A DNA stretch of 64,000 bases from assembly GCF_020745735.1 (NCBI RefSeq), contig NC_083408.1, positions 51,614,484 through 51,678,483 on the forward strand, written 5' to 3'. Both the position numbers and the translations under genes were made by a program. Origin of the DNA: Hemiscyllium ocellatum (Eukaryota). This document shows positions 1 through 12,939 of this stretch, one piece after another (within the stretch, counting starts at the first letter, position 1; every line of letters begins with the position of its first letter). A model generated the notes under the pieces. That model was given only the letters and a program-made list of their open reading frames with translations, was not told where the DNA came from and did not search any database.

Positions 1-150
1 GTCAGGTGAATTGGCCATGCTAAATTGTCCGTAGCGTTAGGTTAGGGGTAAATGTAGGGGTATGGGTGGGTTACGCTTTGGCGGGTCGGTGTGGACTTGT
101 TGGGCCGAAGGGCCTGTTTCCACACTGTAAAGTAATCTAATCTAATCTAA
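1..150 (+). mobile_element. 3' part of an HE1/V-SINE-type tRNA-derived SINE with CR1-like tail and (AATCT)n end
   Basis: Closely matches the 3' half of the full copy at 5370-5688 (ggccatgctaaattg...gggcctgtttccacactgta...aatctaatct). Confidence 0.85.
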
Positions 151-1285
151 ATGCGGTCTATTCAAAAAGCAAGGGTCATTAGTTTATTGAATTAAGGGAC
201 CTTGACACAATTCTACCAGCAACACAGAGATTGAAGCTTCTGTGTTCCGTGATGAAGTTGCGCAATTACATTGGAAAATTACATGTCATTTATATGTTTT
301 TTAAGAAATAGTACTGCCTTAATTACAAGAAAGACCAATCGCATATAATAAGGTGACATGATTTACAGCAAGTTAATCCAATGATATTTTCAATAAGAAG
401 GATATCTAATTTAAGTAAATTGTCATGCCACGTATTAGTTCAAGGTTAGTTCAACTGGTCAATTAATGTGTCAGTATTCATCTTATGAAAACTCTATTGT
501 CCTCTTATCTTTGAACTGCAAGTTAATTCTGCAAATCAGCAGTATGGTTCACAGGCCATTTTGTAGTGTTCTTTTAAATCGAGAAACTATTTTGTTGAAA
601 TAAAAATCTACATATTTTGTTGCCTAAATTCCATTTTTAGATCCTCAGTCCTAGGTATAAACACAACAGTTGATGCAATCCCTGGAGAATTCGAGGCATG
701 TGGAGGGTGTGGTCTTTACTACGCACAAAAAAAGTTGCCCTTCTTTCAATCAATTTTGCCAGAAATGTAGCAGAAAGGCCATTGTAATCTTGTAATGATA
801 AGTGTACTGCAGCAAGTCAAACAGACCACGCAATGTTGAATATTGTTGTATTTTCCTGGTATTTACTGTGTACCATGAGATTTCATTTAACAGCTATTAC
901 AGCAGTACTTAACTTTTCAAAATCCAACCATATGAAAACAAAAGGAAGAATTGTGAAAATCACAGAGGTCACAATGCCCAGAATAGAGTCTGCCATTAAT
1001 CTGGCGTGAAGCTCACCTTAATTTCAGTGTGTTGTTTCCCAGTAGAAGAAGCATTTATTCTTAGAAACCGATACTCGACAAGACAGAGTGGTGGACGCAC
1101 ACTGTCAATCTTGTGGAAAGCATTAATGGATTAAACATCATTTGAAAGGATTTCAAAAATTCTTATGATTTTTTTTCTGCAGAAAACTGGTGACTGTTCA
1201 TTGTTGGCTAAAATTGATACTGTTAAGTATAAAAAAAAACCTACTAACAATGAAAACCTGACAAATTCTATGTTATGGACTCAAG

Positions 1286-1378
1286 TTCCTGATGAAGGGC
1301 TTTTGCCCGAAACGTTGATTTTGCTGCTCGTTGGATGCTGCCTGAACTGCTGTGCTCTTCCAGCAACACTGATTCAGA
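1286..1378 (+). mobile_element. Penelope-derived short element, family A, with minimal hammerhead motif (1286-1320)
   Basis: CTGATGA-A-GGGC-TTTT-GCCC-GAAAC-GTT followed by the same body as copies at 4256, 24954, 25308 and 25856. Confidence 0.75.
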
Positions 1379-1867
1379 ATGATGTTACTACTGGACAAGT
1401 CAAATCCAAGAATGAAAGCTAACTTGATCAATCATACTGTTTAATTTTTACATTAACATCACAATCTTTCATTGAAATATAAGCACAAAATGCTTTAAGT
1501 TTGGTTTTCACAATAATGCAAAATTATAAATGTAAAACGTTCAAATGCAATAGTTAAATCAATTCCATTTCTAAGATAGTGCTGGAGTGAAAATGCAATC
1601 ATAGATGCTCTGCATCCTAGACACTAGATCAGGAACTGCATGATAATAGACTGACCACAATCCATGGAATCAGTCAAAGGTAAGAGATTCAAGAGAGACT
1701 ACATCAGAAACATTTGTAGAACTGAATATGAAAGAAGAAGAGGATACTTCACTGTCTTCTGAATTAATGGAGTAAAACCTCAGCTCTCCCCGTGGAAAAA
1801 AAAAGTGAAAACTTAAGAGAAAAAAGTTGAACAACTAATTCAGGATAAATCCAGACCTGTATCAGTA

Positions 1868-3531
1868 TTGCATCAGTATTTACTGTGGAAAAAGATATGG
1901 AAAATATAGACTGTAGGGAAATAGATGGTGACATCTTGCAAAATGTCCAGGTTACAGAGGAGGAAGTGCTGGATGTCTTGAAACGGTTAAAGGTGGATAA
2001 ATTCCCAGGAGCTGATCAGGTGTACCAGAGAACTCTGTGGGAAGCTAGAGAAGTGATTGCTGGGCCTCTTGCTGAGATATTTGTATCATCGATAGTCACA
2101 GGTGAGGTGCCGGAAGACTGGAGGTTGGCAAACGTGGTGGCATTGTTTAAGAAGAGCGGTAAAGACAAGCCAGGGAACTATAGACCGGTGAGCCTGACAT
2201 CAGTGGTGGGCAAGTTGGTAGAGGGAATCCTGAGGGACAGGATGTACGTGTATTTGGAAAGGCAAGGACTGATTCGGGATAGTCAACATGGCTTTGTGTG
2301 TGGGAAATCATGTCTCACAAACTTGACTGAGTTTTTTGAAGAAGTAACAAAGAAGATTGATGAGGGTAGAGCAGTAAATGTGATCTATATGGACTTCAGT
2401 AAGGCGTTCGACAAGTTCCCCATGGGAGACTGAGTGGCAAGGTTAAATCTCATGGAATACAGGGAGAACGAGCCATTTGGATACAGAACTGGCTCAAAGA
2501 TAGAAGACAGAAGGTGGTGGTGGAGGGTTGTTTTTCAGGCTGGAGACCTGTGACCAGTGGAGTGCCACAAGGATCGGTGCTGGGCCCTTTACTTTTTGTC
2601 ATTTACATAAATGATTTGGATGCGAGCATAAGAGTTACAGTTAGTAAGTTTGTAGATGACACCAAAATTGGGGGTGTAGTGGACAGCGAAGAAGGTTACC
2701 TCAGATTACAACAGGATCTGGACCAGATGGGCCAATGGACTGAGAAGTGGCAGATGGAGTTTAATTCAGATAAATGCGAGGTGCTGCATTTTGGGAAAGC
2801 AAATCTTAGCAGGATTTATACACTTAATGGTAAGGTCCTAGGGAGTGTTGCTGAACAAAGAGATCTTGGAGTGCAGGTTCATAGCTCCTTGAAAGTGGAA
2901 TCACAGGTAAATAGAATAGTGAAGAAGGTGTTTGGTATGCTTTCCTTTATTGGTCAGAGTATTGAGTACAGGAGTTGGGAGGTCATGTTGTAACTGTACA
3001 GCACATTGGTTAGGCCACTGTTGGAATATTGTGTGCAATTCTGGCCTCCTTCCTATCGGAAAGATGTTGTGAAACTTGAAAGAGTTCAAAAAAGATTTAC
3101 AAGGATGTTGCCAGGGTTGGAGGATCTGAGCTACTGGGAGAGGCTGAACAGGCTGGGGCTGTTTTCCCTGGAGCGTCGGAAGCTGATGGATAGGATAAAT
3201 AGACAAAGTCTTTTCCCTGGGATCGGGGAGCCCAGAACTAGAGGGCATAGGTTTAGGGTGAGAGGGGAAAGATATAAAAGATACCTAAGGGGCAACTGTT
3301 TCACACAGAGGGTGGTATGTGTATGGAATGACCTGCCAGAGGATGTGGTGGAGGCTGGTACAATTGCAACATTTAAGAGGTATTTTGATGGGTATATGAA
3401 TAGGAAGGGTTTGGAGGGATATGGACCGGTTGCTGGCAGGTGGAACTAGATTGGGTTGGGATATCTGGTTGGCATGGACGGGTTGGACCAAAGGGTCTGT
3501 TTCCATGCTGTACATCTCTATGACTCTATGA
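1868..3531 (+). mobile_element. 5'-truncated CR1 LINE (HER1-like), ORF2 reverse-transcriptase region, disrupted
   Basis: ORFs 1885-2433, 2514-2993 and 3006-3449 carry RT motifs (PGNYRPVSLTS, QHGF, DFSKAFD, GVPQGSVLGP, FVDD, RTRGH). Frameshift near 2420, TAA at 2991, tail (ctctatga)n. Confidence 0.95.
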
Positions 3532-4255
3532 GAATACCATTCCTAAAATGATGACATCATTAAGATATATCTCTCCTCAACTCGCAAAGATGAATGAAGA
3601 GCTGAAAGAGAAAGAAAGAAAGAATGAACTACAAATCATCAACCCAATGAGTAAAAATGTGGGTTTAAGGGAAGATCTGGAGCAACTCAGATATAAAACA
3701 TGTTTGATCCAGCAAGAGCAGCAACAGAAACATTGGCTTGAACTCAAAGCAATGTGGAGGAAAAATGACACTTGCAAAAACGGGTGAAGATGCACATGAA
3801 AAGGAGCTGCAAATCACTAATGAAGCAATCCTTTCAGAAATACATGCAGCAATGCTGCTGTAGTAAAGCAAGGCAGATGAACCAATGAACCATTGACGCA
3901 CAAGCAGAATAAATCCAAACGTCAAAGCATGCAAAAAGAAAAATAAGCGGGAGAGGCTGGAAAGTTATTTGAATGAGTTATGAAGGAGAAAAAATATTCT
4001 AGAGCAACAGAAGGGTAAAGCATTAGAAAATAAGAATTAGAAAAATCCAGAGTGTAAGACCTAAAATTTGATTACTATGCATAAGCGTGAGCAAATTCTA
4101 AAACATAGTTGTATTCCAGGAAAGAAAAACTTGACAACAAACAGGAATGACAGACAACACACTGATTGACAACAGCCCCAAACAAAATCAACATGAAAAG
4201 ATTTGCATATAATCAGCAAATTTATAGAAACTCATAGACTCACTTGTTATTATAA

Positions 4256-4411
4256 ATAGATCAGAGTGGTGCTGGAAAAGCACAGCAAGTCAGGCAGCAT
4301 CCGAGGAGCAGGAAAATCGATGTTTTGAGCAAAAGCCCTTCATCAGGAATCTTTTCCAGCACCACTCTGATCTAAACTCTGGTTTCCAGCATCTGCAGAT
4401 CTCACGTTTGC
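4256..4411. mobile_element. Penelope-derived family A insertion with inverted arms and a 13-bp TSD
   Basis: Perfect 24-bp inverted repeat 4257-4280/4351-4374. TSD cttgttattataa at 4243-4255 and 4412-4424. Decayed hammerhead on the minus strand near 4316-4350. Confidence 0.85.
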
Positions 4412-5224
4412 CTTGTTATTATAAGTAGTTCAGGGTTTGTTTAGAAATGTGCAGGATGTTTTATGTAGATCTTACCGTAAAGAGAGTGACCTTTTTATGG
4501 ACTCCATATGTCATTTGTATACAATGTTGTGTATCTGCCTGACAGTTAGCCTCTTTAGCATTTGCAAATGACACACACAAACATCCATTGCTTTATATAA
4601 TATCTAGTTTGTCATTTTTAATTTTACAGTGTTTTTTTAAATGAACTAATACATGGAGTCAAATAATCCTTCATGAGTAATTCATTCTTAGGACACTTAT
4701 CACTAACATGACACCTTAAACACCACCAGGAGACTGGTGAGGTCACAGCTAATGCATATGCACAAAGATTCCACACACATCCCTATGACTCATTCACTCT
4801 TGTCACTTTCCAACTGCTTGCCAAGTGTTGGACTTGTCACTAGTGAGTCTGTCAGCAGCAAATTCAAGAGGGAGCTTACCATGATTGGATTCAGACCCAC
4901 TTGGAATAGCTACCCTCCAGCTAACAGTTTTCACAGTGACCAGATTATCACTGTAATTCAAAATTAACCTCTTATCCCCAGCACTATCACCACAGGCGTC
5001 TTTATCTCATCATGATCTGCAGAGGGTAAAGATTCCACTTTGGGTGCAATCAGCAAAATTTGTTTTGCTTTTAAGTAAAGTTATTATTGAAATATCTGTG
5101 CAAACACATTTGAATTATCGCAAATGGTAAATCTTTCTGGAACCAGTGTAATCAGTTGGTGTAACAGCATGTAATCGTTAGTTTACTCCTTTGCATTTTT
5201 TTGATGTATTTGAAAGTTCTGTTT

Positions 5225-6480
5225 TAATTACTCGTGGGACATGGGCATCACTGGCTGACCAGGATTTATTATCTATCTCTGGTTGCCCTGAAGAACATGA
5301 TGGTGAGCTGCCTTTTTGACCTGCTACAGGTTGACCTACAATGACTTTAGGGAAAGAATTCCAGATTGTGGGCGGCACGGTGGCACAGCAGTTAGCACTG
5401 CTGCATCACAGCGCCAGAGATCGGGTTCCATTCCCACTTCAGGCGACTCTCTGTGTGGAGTTTGCAGGTTCTCCCTGTGTCTGCGTGGGTTTCCTCTGGG
5501 TGCTCTGGTTTCCACCCACAATCCAAAAATGTGCAGGTTAGGTGAATTAGCCATGCTAAATTGCCCGTAGTGTTAGGTGAAGGGGTAAATGTAGGGAAAT
5601 GGGTCTGGGTGGGTTGCTCTTCGGAGGGTCGGTGTGGATTTGTTGGGCCAAAGGGCCTGTTTCCACACTGTAAGTAATCTAATCTAATGTCGACTCAATG
5701 ACAGTGAAGGAATGGCGATTTATATTTCCAAGTCAGGATGGTGAGTGGGTTGGAGGGAAACATGCAGGTGATGGTGTTCATATTGATCTGCTGCCCTTGT
5801 ATCTCTAGATGGAAATGGTTGTTCCTACAGTTTGGAAGGTGCTGTTTAACGCTCTTTGGTGAATTTCTGGAATGCATTTGTAGATAATAAACACTGCTGC
5901 TACTGAGCATCAGTGATGGAAGGAGTTGACGCTCAGGGATGTAATGCCAATCAGGTAGATTGCTTTAACCTAGATTGTGTCAAGCTACCTGAATGTTGTT
6001 GGAGCTGCACCTGTCTAGGCAAGTGGGGAGTACTTCAATCACCCTCTTGACTTGTGCCTTGTAGAAGGCAGACAGGCTTTGGGGAATCAAGAGATAAGTT
6101 ACTTGCCACCATATTCCTAGCCTCTAACCTGCTCTTGTTATTTATATCGTTTCTTATTGATATAAGGATGCCTAGCATTTGTGTGACATGAATGTTACTG
6201 ACCACTTGTCAGCCTAGGCATGAATATTGTCCACATCTTGTTACATTTGCACATGCACTGTTTCACTATCTGAGCCGTCGCAAATTGTACTGAGCATTCT
6301 GCAACATCAGCGAACAGCCCCACTTCTGACATTATGATAGGAGGCAGGTAACTGATGAGACAGCTGAAGATGGTTGGGCTTCAGACACTACCCTGAGGAA
6401 CTCCTGAAGAGATGTCTTGGATCTGAGATGACTGGCATCCGATAGCCACAACTATTTTCCTATGTGCCAGGAATAACTCC
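5225..6480 (-). mobile_element. Decayed L2/CR1-group LINE 3' region, interrupted by a SINE
   Basis: Reverse complement aligns by eye with the plus-strand copy at 14305-14742 (RT C-terminus and 3' tail). Confidence 0.75.
5370..5688 (+). mobile_element. Full-length HE1/V-SINE-type SINE
   Basis: tRNA-like head (tggcacagcagttagc; gggttccattccc), V-domain-like core (tgtgtggagtttgca...gggtttcc), CR1-like tail, (aatct)n. Confidence 0.9.
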
Positions 6481-6673
6481 AATCAGTGGAATGTCCTCCT
6501 CACCCACCCCACCCACTCCACCGCCCCTCCCCATGATGTCATCATCCTTACCAGTATTGACTGCTAAAAAATGTTTAAAGATGCCACAGTTCTGGAAAAT
6601 GGTTGGACTGGCTCGATCTCCCTTCCTTGCTGGATAACCATCCACTCCTCATGCAACTGTATTCTTTGCAGGA

Positions 6674-6981
6674 TGGTGGCACAGTGACTCGGTGGTTAAC
6701 ACTGCTGCTACCTCACAGCACCAGGGACCTGGGTCGATTCCACCCTTAGGTGACTGTCTGTGTGGAGTTAGCACTTTCTCCCCGTGTCTGTGTGGGTTTC
6801 ATCTGGGTGCTTTGGTTTCCTCCCACAGTCCAAAGATGTGCAGGTTAGGTGGATTGGTAGGGTTAATGGAAAATGTAGGGTTACAGGCATAGAGTGGGAG
6901 AAGGAGGGGTGTGTCTTGGTGGGATGGTGTGGACTCAATGGGCTGAATGGCCTGCTTCCACAATCTAGGGATTCTATAATT
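6674..6981 (+). mobile_element. V-SINE-type SINE, older copy
   Basis: Same head and core as 5370-5688 with more substitutions. Confidence 0.85.
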
Positions 6982-7524
6982 GTCTAATCATCTCTGGTTA
7001 CACGCTTCCCAGAAAATTCTTACCTTCCCTACATTGACTCCTTCACTCCTCAAGCTCAGAAATGATGAATTTGATTATTTAGATAGTTACTGATACATTT
7101 GACACCACTTTTCCTTTTACACCAAATTTTCTCTCTCACACATATACACACACCTGCATTGTTCACAGTTCTCTTAAGTATGCCCCTTTGTTATCAGTTG
7201 GGAAATGGTAAATTAAGCAGCATAATCTAAACATGGAAAAATATGTAAGACATTTATTAGATTGATCTCAAAAGCAAATATTCACTTATGTGGAAAGATT
7301 TGAAATAGAGGTGTTCTTATAGTATTGGGTTAAAAGAGCCAATGAAGATTTTCAAATTTTAAAAGGTTTCTGTGTGCTGGTGGTACAACATCTAAATAAA
7401 TACTTCTATTTGCTTTTTCTTAGTTGCTGTTGAACTGATACGGATACAAATATGTAGATGCATACTGTGCAAATACATGTTTACAGCAAGACCTTCTTTT
7501 TACCTCCAGCTACTTTATATGGTT

Positions 7525-7743
7525 GATTGGCTACATTGGTTCAATGGCTGGTCTGTAATACAGATGTGACCTCAGTAGTGTAGGTTCAATTCTGGCACCA
7601 ACTGAGGTCATGATGACTTCTCCTTCTTTGTCTCTTTCTCTCTCTTTACCTAAGGCGTTAAGATAGACCATTACCATCAGTTGGCTCTCTCAAATGAAGG
7701 AGCTAGCCCTATGGACTGGAAATACAATGGCAACTTTACCTTT
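7525..7743 (+). mobile_element. tRNA-derived SINE, third family (3 copies in window)
   Basis: B-box-like ggttcaattc and shared body and tail (gcagccct/ctagccct...actttacc) with 24580-24778 and 60668-60880. Confidence 0.65.
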
Positions 7744-10504
7744 GCCATGTTATGAGGCAAAGTGCATTTCTTTGGTGAGAAAAAAGGACAGAAAAGATAA
7801 ATGCTTCAAAGTACGGAGTCGACTGGAGCATAGATATGTTAACAAATGAAGGAATGTCCTGTATAGGGACATCAAGAAAGCAGGTCATTAAAGTTCTTCC
7901 TGCACTGCATAGAAGTGTTTGTAGATGGACAGAGGGGAGGTGGAGAAAATGGCAGGCATTAGATAGCTGATACTCGTGATCACAGTCACTTCCCTTCTCA
8001 AGGTGTGCAACATATGCTTTGTAGGTTCCTGCTCCCAAATAGCCCATCACTTCTGTTGCATATCCTCCATTTCTATGACCAATGAAAATTGTTCATTTTG
8101 ATTCTTTCAGCCACCTTTCTCATACATATTGCCTCTGTTTCTTCCTTACAATTAACACAAGTGTTATACTCTCACACTGCATCAAATCATTTGGAACTAT
8201 TCTATTTAGTTTCCTTTCCCTCTATCACCCATCACAGATATTAACCTATCATTTACTAGTCTGGCCAAAATGAAGTTAAAGAGAATTAAGTGAAATGAGG
8301 AGAAAAAAAAAATTGTGAAGCCTGGAAATGACCTAGTGTTTTGAAAGGTTTCCATGTGTGTGTGCAACGCACACGTGCGCACGTGAGTATTAAATGTTAT
8401 AGCTCAGCAGTAATGAAGTGAGTTGTCACAATGTCTCTGAAAGACTGACCCATGACGCAGGTGTGACAATGTAGACTATCAGTGATTGTCATAGGACTGT
8501 ACTGTGCAAATATCATGTAGTTGATTGGATAGCATAAAGGTAAGCAAACTGGCCTGAGGTAAAAGTTTGCTACGTCCAAGTGATAAGCATCTTTCCAGGG
8601 AGACACAAGCAAAGCTAATAAGCAATTAATCAAACTAGCCTTTGGAGGTAACATGTTTGTGCTGTTTGCAGTGATCAAACTGATTGTCTTGTCTCTATTA
8701 AACAATGTCAAAATGTGAATGCACAATGACTCCAAATGGATGAAGGCCATAAAAAAAGTTCACTTCGGAGCATAGTTAGTTTCCTCAGGAAGGGTTGTCT
8801 GACCAGTATCAGGAGGTTGAGACAGAACAGGTAGATCACATGTTTCAGTCTGATCCTTGAAACAATTCCATGTAAATGCAGTCACTTAGGTAAGATCTTT
8901 TATAGCATTCTTTATAGCGTATTTTACTTTAATAAAGAGCATTGGCCATATTCCAATATAATGGGTATACCACCTTGGGTTATTGATCTTCAGAGTAAAT
9001 CAACCAACCAGGGAAAGTGGGAATAAAAGGCTACACTATCTAAAAAATAACCGAAATGTTTTTCCCACAACTTCAATGGTTTGAGGCAAGGACGTGCTAG
9101 TTATTAAGCAACTTATTATTAGACCTTGCAACTTATGGTGGGTCATCATGTGTGAATGGTGAGGAGAAGGCATTCCTGCCAACAGAGCTCTCATAGCTTT
9201 GGATGATGTCATTGACTTATCAAATTCACATCGTTTACACTTTATGTCTTAGCCTAATTTTCTTTCTACCAGCAACCCTTGTCTTCCTTCACATTGTCAT
9301 TTTCAAAACCATTCCATCGTAAACTTCAGAACTTATTGATCTGCGCAGAAAATAAATGTTAGGGAATGCAAAGACTGACTATGGAAGAGATTTTTCAATG
9401 CTGTGGGTATAGTTTCGGTTAGTCTTAGGTCGCAAATGAATTTTTTTTAGATTAGGTTAGATTCGAAACAACTTACTTAATGTATAATCCATAACAAAGA
9501 CACTGAAAATGGCTGACTCTAGTTCATTGTATCATATCCTGGAAAAACAAGGAGAAAGGTCAGTTCTTAAAGTAGTTCAATAAATCTGTGAGATGATCAA
9601 ACAAATGCAATAGATTTAAAATGTTCGATCTTCAAAAATAATTTGTGATATTATTCCAGTGCTATTCTACTATTGTTTAACCCCATTTTAGTTTATGTAT
9701 TGATCACTGCTTTGACCTAATAATCAGATGTATTCAATAATCAAATTAACCTTTTTCTGTATTTATGATAATTTATTATAAATATATATCAACACCAACA
9801 GGGATGAAATATTAGCTGACTTAACATTTCTGATACAAGGTAATGTATCTTGGTAAAAATATAGAACAATACCTTACTAATCCGGTCATTCTCTGGTTTT
9901 TATTCAAAATGGTCAATGTGTGAAGGAAAGTAGTGTTTTAGAAAAGAGAGAGAGCTTAGCATGTAAACTAACGAATTACATTGCATTCATTTAAACAGGG
10001 CTGTTTGTTTTAGCTTAACATTCCAAACCATCAAAGAGCAATTATTTTAGTTGATTAAACATGTGAATGCTACAATTACTCTTAGCACCTTAAATATCAT
10101 TCCTCACACAAACAATAATTGGCCCTACCTCCTGACTCAAAGACAGCATTTGTTTGTGTTAATATTTTATAGCTCAATCATCCACACTAAATACTGCATG
10201 GGTAAAGTTTTAGCACATAAAATATTTACATTTTCTATAAGTATGATCTCAAACGTAACCCTTATCAATAACATGGCAGTTAGTATTTCACAGAACGCAC
10301 TTTTCTTACAATACTAAAGATTAAGCAAATTGAATGCATATTAAATTGTAGCAATGGTCTAATCTGGGTTCAGAATCACAGAATTATTGTGGTGCAGAAG
10401 AAGGCCATTTGGCCCATGTTGTGTACACCAGCTTTCCAAATGAGTAACTTTTCTACTAACATACCCATGACTTCTCCCCAGTACCCTGAACTTTCCTTTT
10501 CAGA

Positions 10505-11495
10505 TACAGATTGTTCTGTTCTAATATGCATTGCATCAACGTGGATTCACTGCAACGCAATTGATTAATCGGGACCACTGTTTTTAAAGAGCAAACTTTC
10601 AAAACGCGTGTTGGCTGTTTACATCGCCAACATTTAAACTCCTTTTTCTAAAGTATGATTTTTCTATAATGCAGGGTTACACAAGAATGAAACCATTGCA
10701 TTATAGAAGATAAATGCGAGGTGCTGCATTTTGGGAAAACAAATCTTAGCAGGACGTATACATTTAATGGTAAGGTCCTAGGGAGTGTTGCTGAACAAAG
10801 AAACCTTGGAATGCATGTTCATAGCTCCTTGAAAGTGGAGTCGCAGGTAGATAGGATAGTGAAGAAGGTGTTTGGTATGCTTTCCTTTATTGGTCAGAGT
10901 ATTGAGTACAGGAGTTGGGAGGTCATGTTGTAACTGTACAGCACATTGGTTAGGCCACTGTTGGAATATTGCATGCAATTCTGGTCTCCTTCCTATCAGA
11001 AAGATGTTGTGAAACTTGAAAGGGTTCAGAAAAGATTTACAAGGATGTTGCCAGGGTTGGAGCTATGGGGAGAGGCTGAACACTCTAGGGCTGTTTTCCC
11101 TGGAACATCGGAGGCTGAGGGGTGACCTTATAGAGGTTTACAAAATTGAGGGGCATGGATAGGGTAAATAGGCAAAGTCTTTTCCCTGGGGTCGGAAAGT
11201 CTAGAACTAGAGGGCATAGTTTTAGGGTGAGTGGGGAAAGATATAAAAGAGACCTAAGGGGCAACTTTTTCCCACCGAGGGTGGTACATGTATAGAATGA
11301 GCTGTCAGAGGAAGTGGTGAAGGCTGGTACTATTTAAGAGGCATTTGGATGAATAGGAAGGGTTTGGAGGGATATGGGCCGGGTGCTGGCAGGTGGGACT
11401 AGATTGGGTTGGGATCGGCATAGACAGGGTGGACCGAAGGGTCTGTTTCCACGCTGTACAGCTCTGTGACTCTATGGCTCTAAGAACTGACCATA
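10505..11495. mobile_element. Probable Tc1/mariner-pogo-type MITE (10507-10710 plus 11482-11493), split by a CR1
   Basis: TA at both ends (10505-06, 11494-95). Perfect 12-bp subterminal inverted repeat 10662-10673/10697-10708. Terminal repeats match only weakly. Confidence 0.5.
10708..11482 (+). mobile_element. 5'-truncated CR1 LINE, same subfamily as 1868-3531
   Basis: About 90% identical by eye to 2769-3530; tail ctctgtgactctatggctcta. Confidence 0.95.
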
Positions 11496-12939
11496 ATTGT
11501 CTAATTCCTCCCTAAATGCTTCAGTTGTATCTGTTTCCACCTGCACACTCATGCAATGTAGTCCAGACCTTTACAACTCTGCATGAAAATGTATGTCCTC
11601 ATAGCACTTTTACAAATAATATTATGCTTGTTCCTTCTCCTTCTTGATCGTTTCTCAAGTGGCAACAGCTACTCCCTACATACTCTATCTGTTCATACAT
11701 TATATTGAATAACTTGATCAAACCTCCTTTCAGCCTTCTTTTCTCCAAAGAAAGAAGTTTTAACTTTTCCAATCTATTATCTCAGTTCTGGATGTCTGTG
11801 ATACTATTTTTGATCACAGACACATACTTGCAAAAGTAAATGATGGCTTATGAAATAATAAATATATGTGTTAATATAAATAAATCATTTTGATTTCTAA
11901 ATAGATCGCACTTTCATGCAAGATATTTAACTGTAAGAGTCCTTTTACACAATTTTACTTTTGGGATGTGTGCAAATGGTACATGAATTAAAGAACATTT
12001 TCAACACCCATATGATTTCTCGTAAGTAAGAAAATTATAAACTCTTAAAATCTTAGCAGAGACCAATGGGTTTTTAACAAAAATAAATAAGATCCCAGGT
12101 ATTTACTAATCTATGAAGCAAAGCATTCTGTGACTTGAAGCAGAAGACTTTTGCCATAAAGGAATCAAACAAAGCAAACACTAAATGCTATCTCAGATGA
12201 ATGATACTCTAACACCTAGAGTCAACATATGTTAAACATGAATAGCAAACAAATTGTGGTGAAGAATAAACAATAAATTGTCAACCAAGCAGTAGAATCG
12301 CAGACAGACTTTTAAGAATTGGCTCAGTAGTCATGTTCCTTCAAGTTGTTCACAAAATCCTACAAAATTCTTTCTCCCACAGGAGGTATTTCAATTCCTC
12401 TCCCTCGAGGGTGTAGTCTGATCCCCAGCTGACATTAAGGTACAAACATTCTGATTTTCACAGTATTCACCACAAACAGCATAACCCTGCAAACCCTGTT
12501 CTACATTGACTTGTTAGGTCCAGCAGTGTTATCGGAAAATATCAGCAGCGACCTATTCTCAGCTTCTGAATCTTGACTCCGTCGATTTCAACTGGCCTGT
12601 ATTGCATATTGGACTCATCACTTGCTCTTATCCTGCTTGGACTGATATATTTTATATTTTATATTTTTCAACCAGGTTCAATCTCCCCTGAAGTTTTGGT
12701 TTCCAAACATCAGTTTCTTTTTGCCACGTTCATAGCTGTTAGATCAGTTTCTGTTTTGAGTTAGGATCTGCCTGAACAAAAATGAACTGTCAAAAGCAGG
12801 GATTAAAAAAAAAACTGAAATTCTGAAAAAAAACCCTCCAGAAGACATTGGAAATGGAGTAGAAGTCAATCAAAACATCAAAAATGTAACTTGCTGTGTC
12901 AGTTTATTCCAAGTATTGTGAATCACATAGCGCATTTAG

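Larger units (their letters stand above)
10371..11790 (-). mobile_element. Old CR1 3' fragment hosting nested insertions
   Basis: Reverse-complement CR1 tail (cagaatcacagaat...aggccatttggccc). The host sequence resumes after 11495 (attgtctaattcc...). Confidence 0.6.

Noticed and set aside
1885-3449. RT ORFs as an active retroelement or host gene
   Set aside because: 5'-truncated, frameshifted, with an internal stop and deletion.
5370-5445. tRNA gene
   Set aside because: A/B-box-like head continues into the SINE core and tail; it is a SINE.
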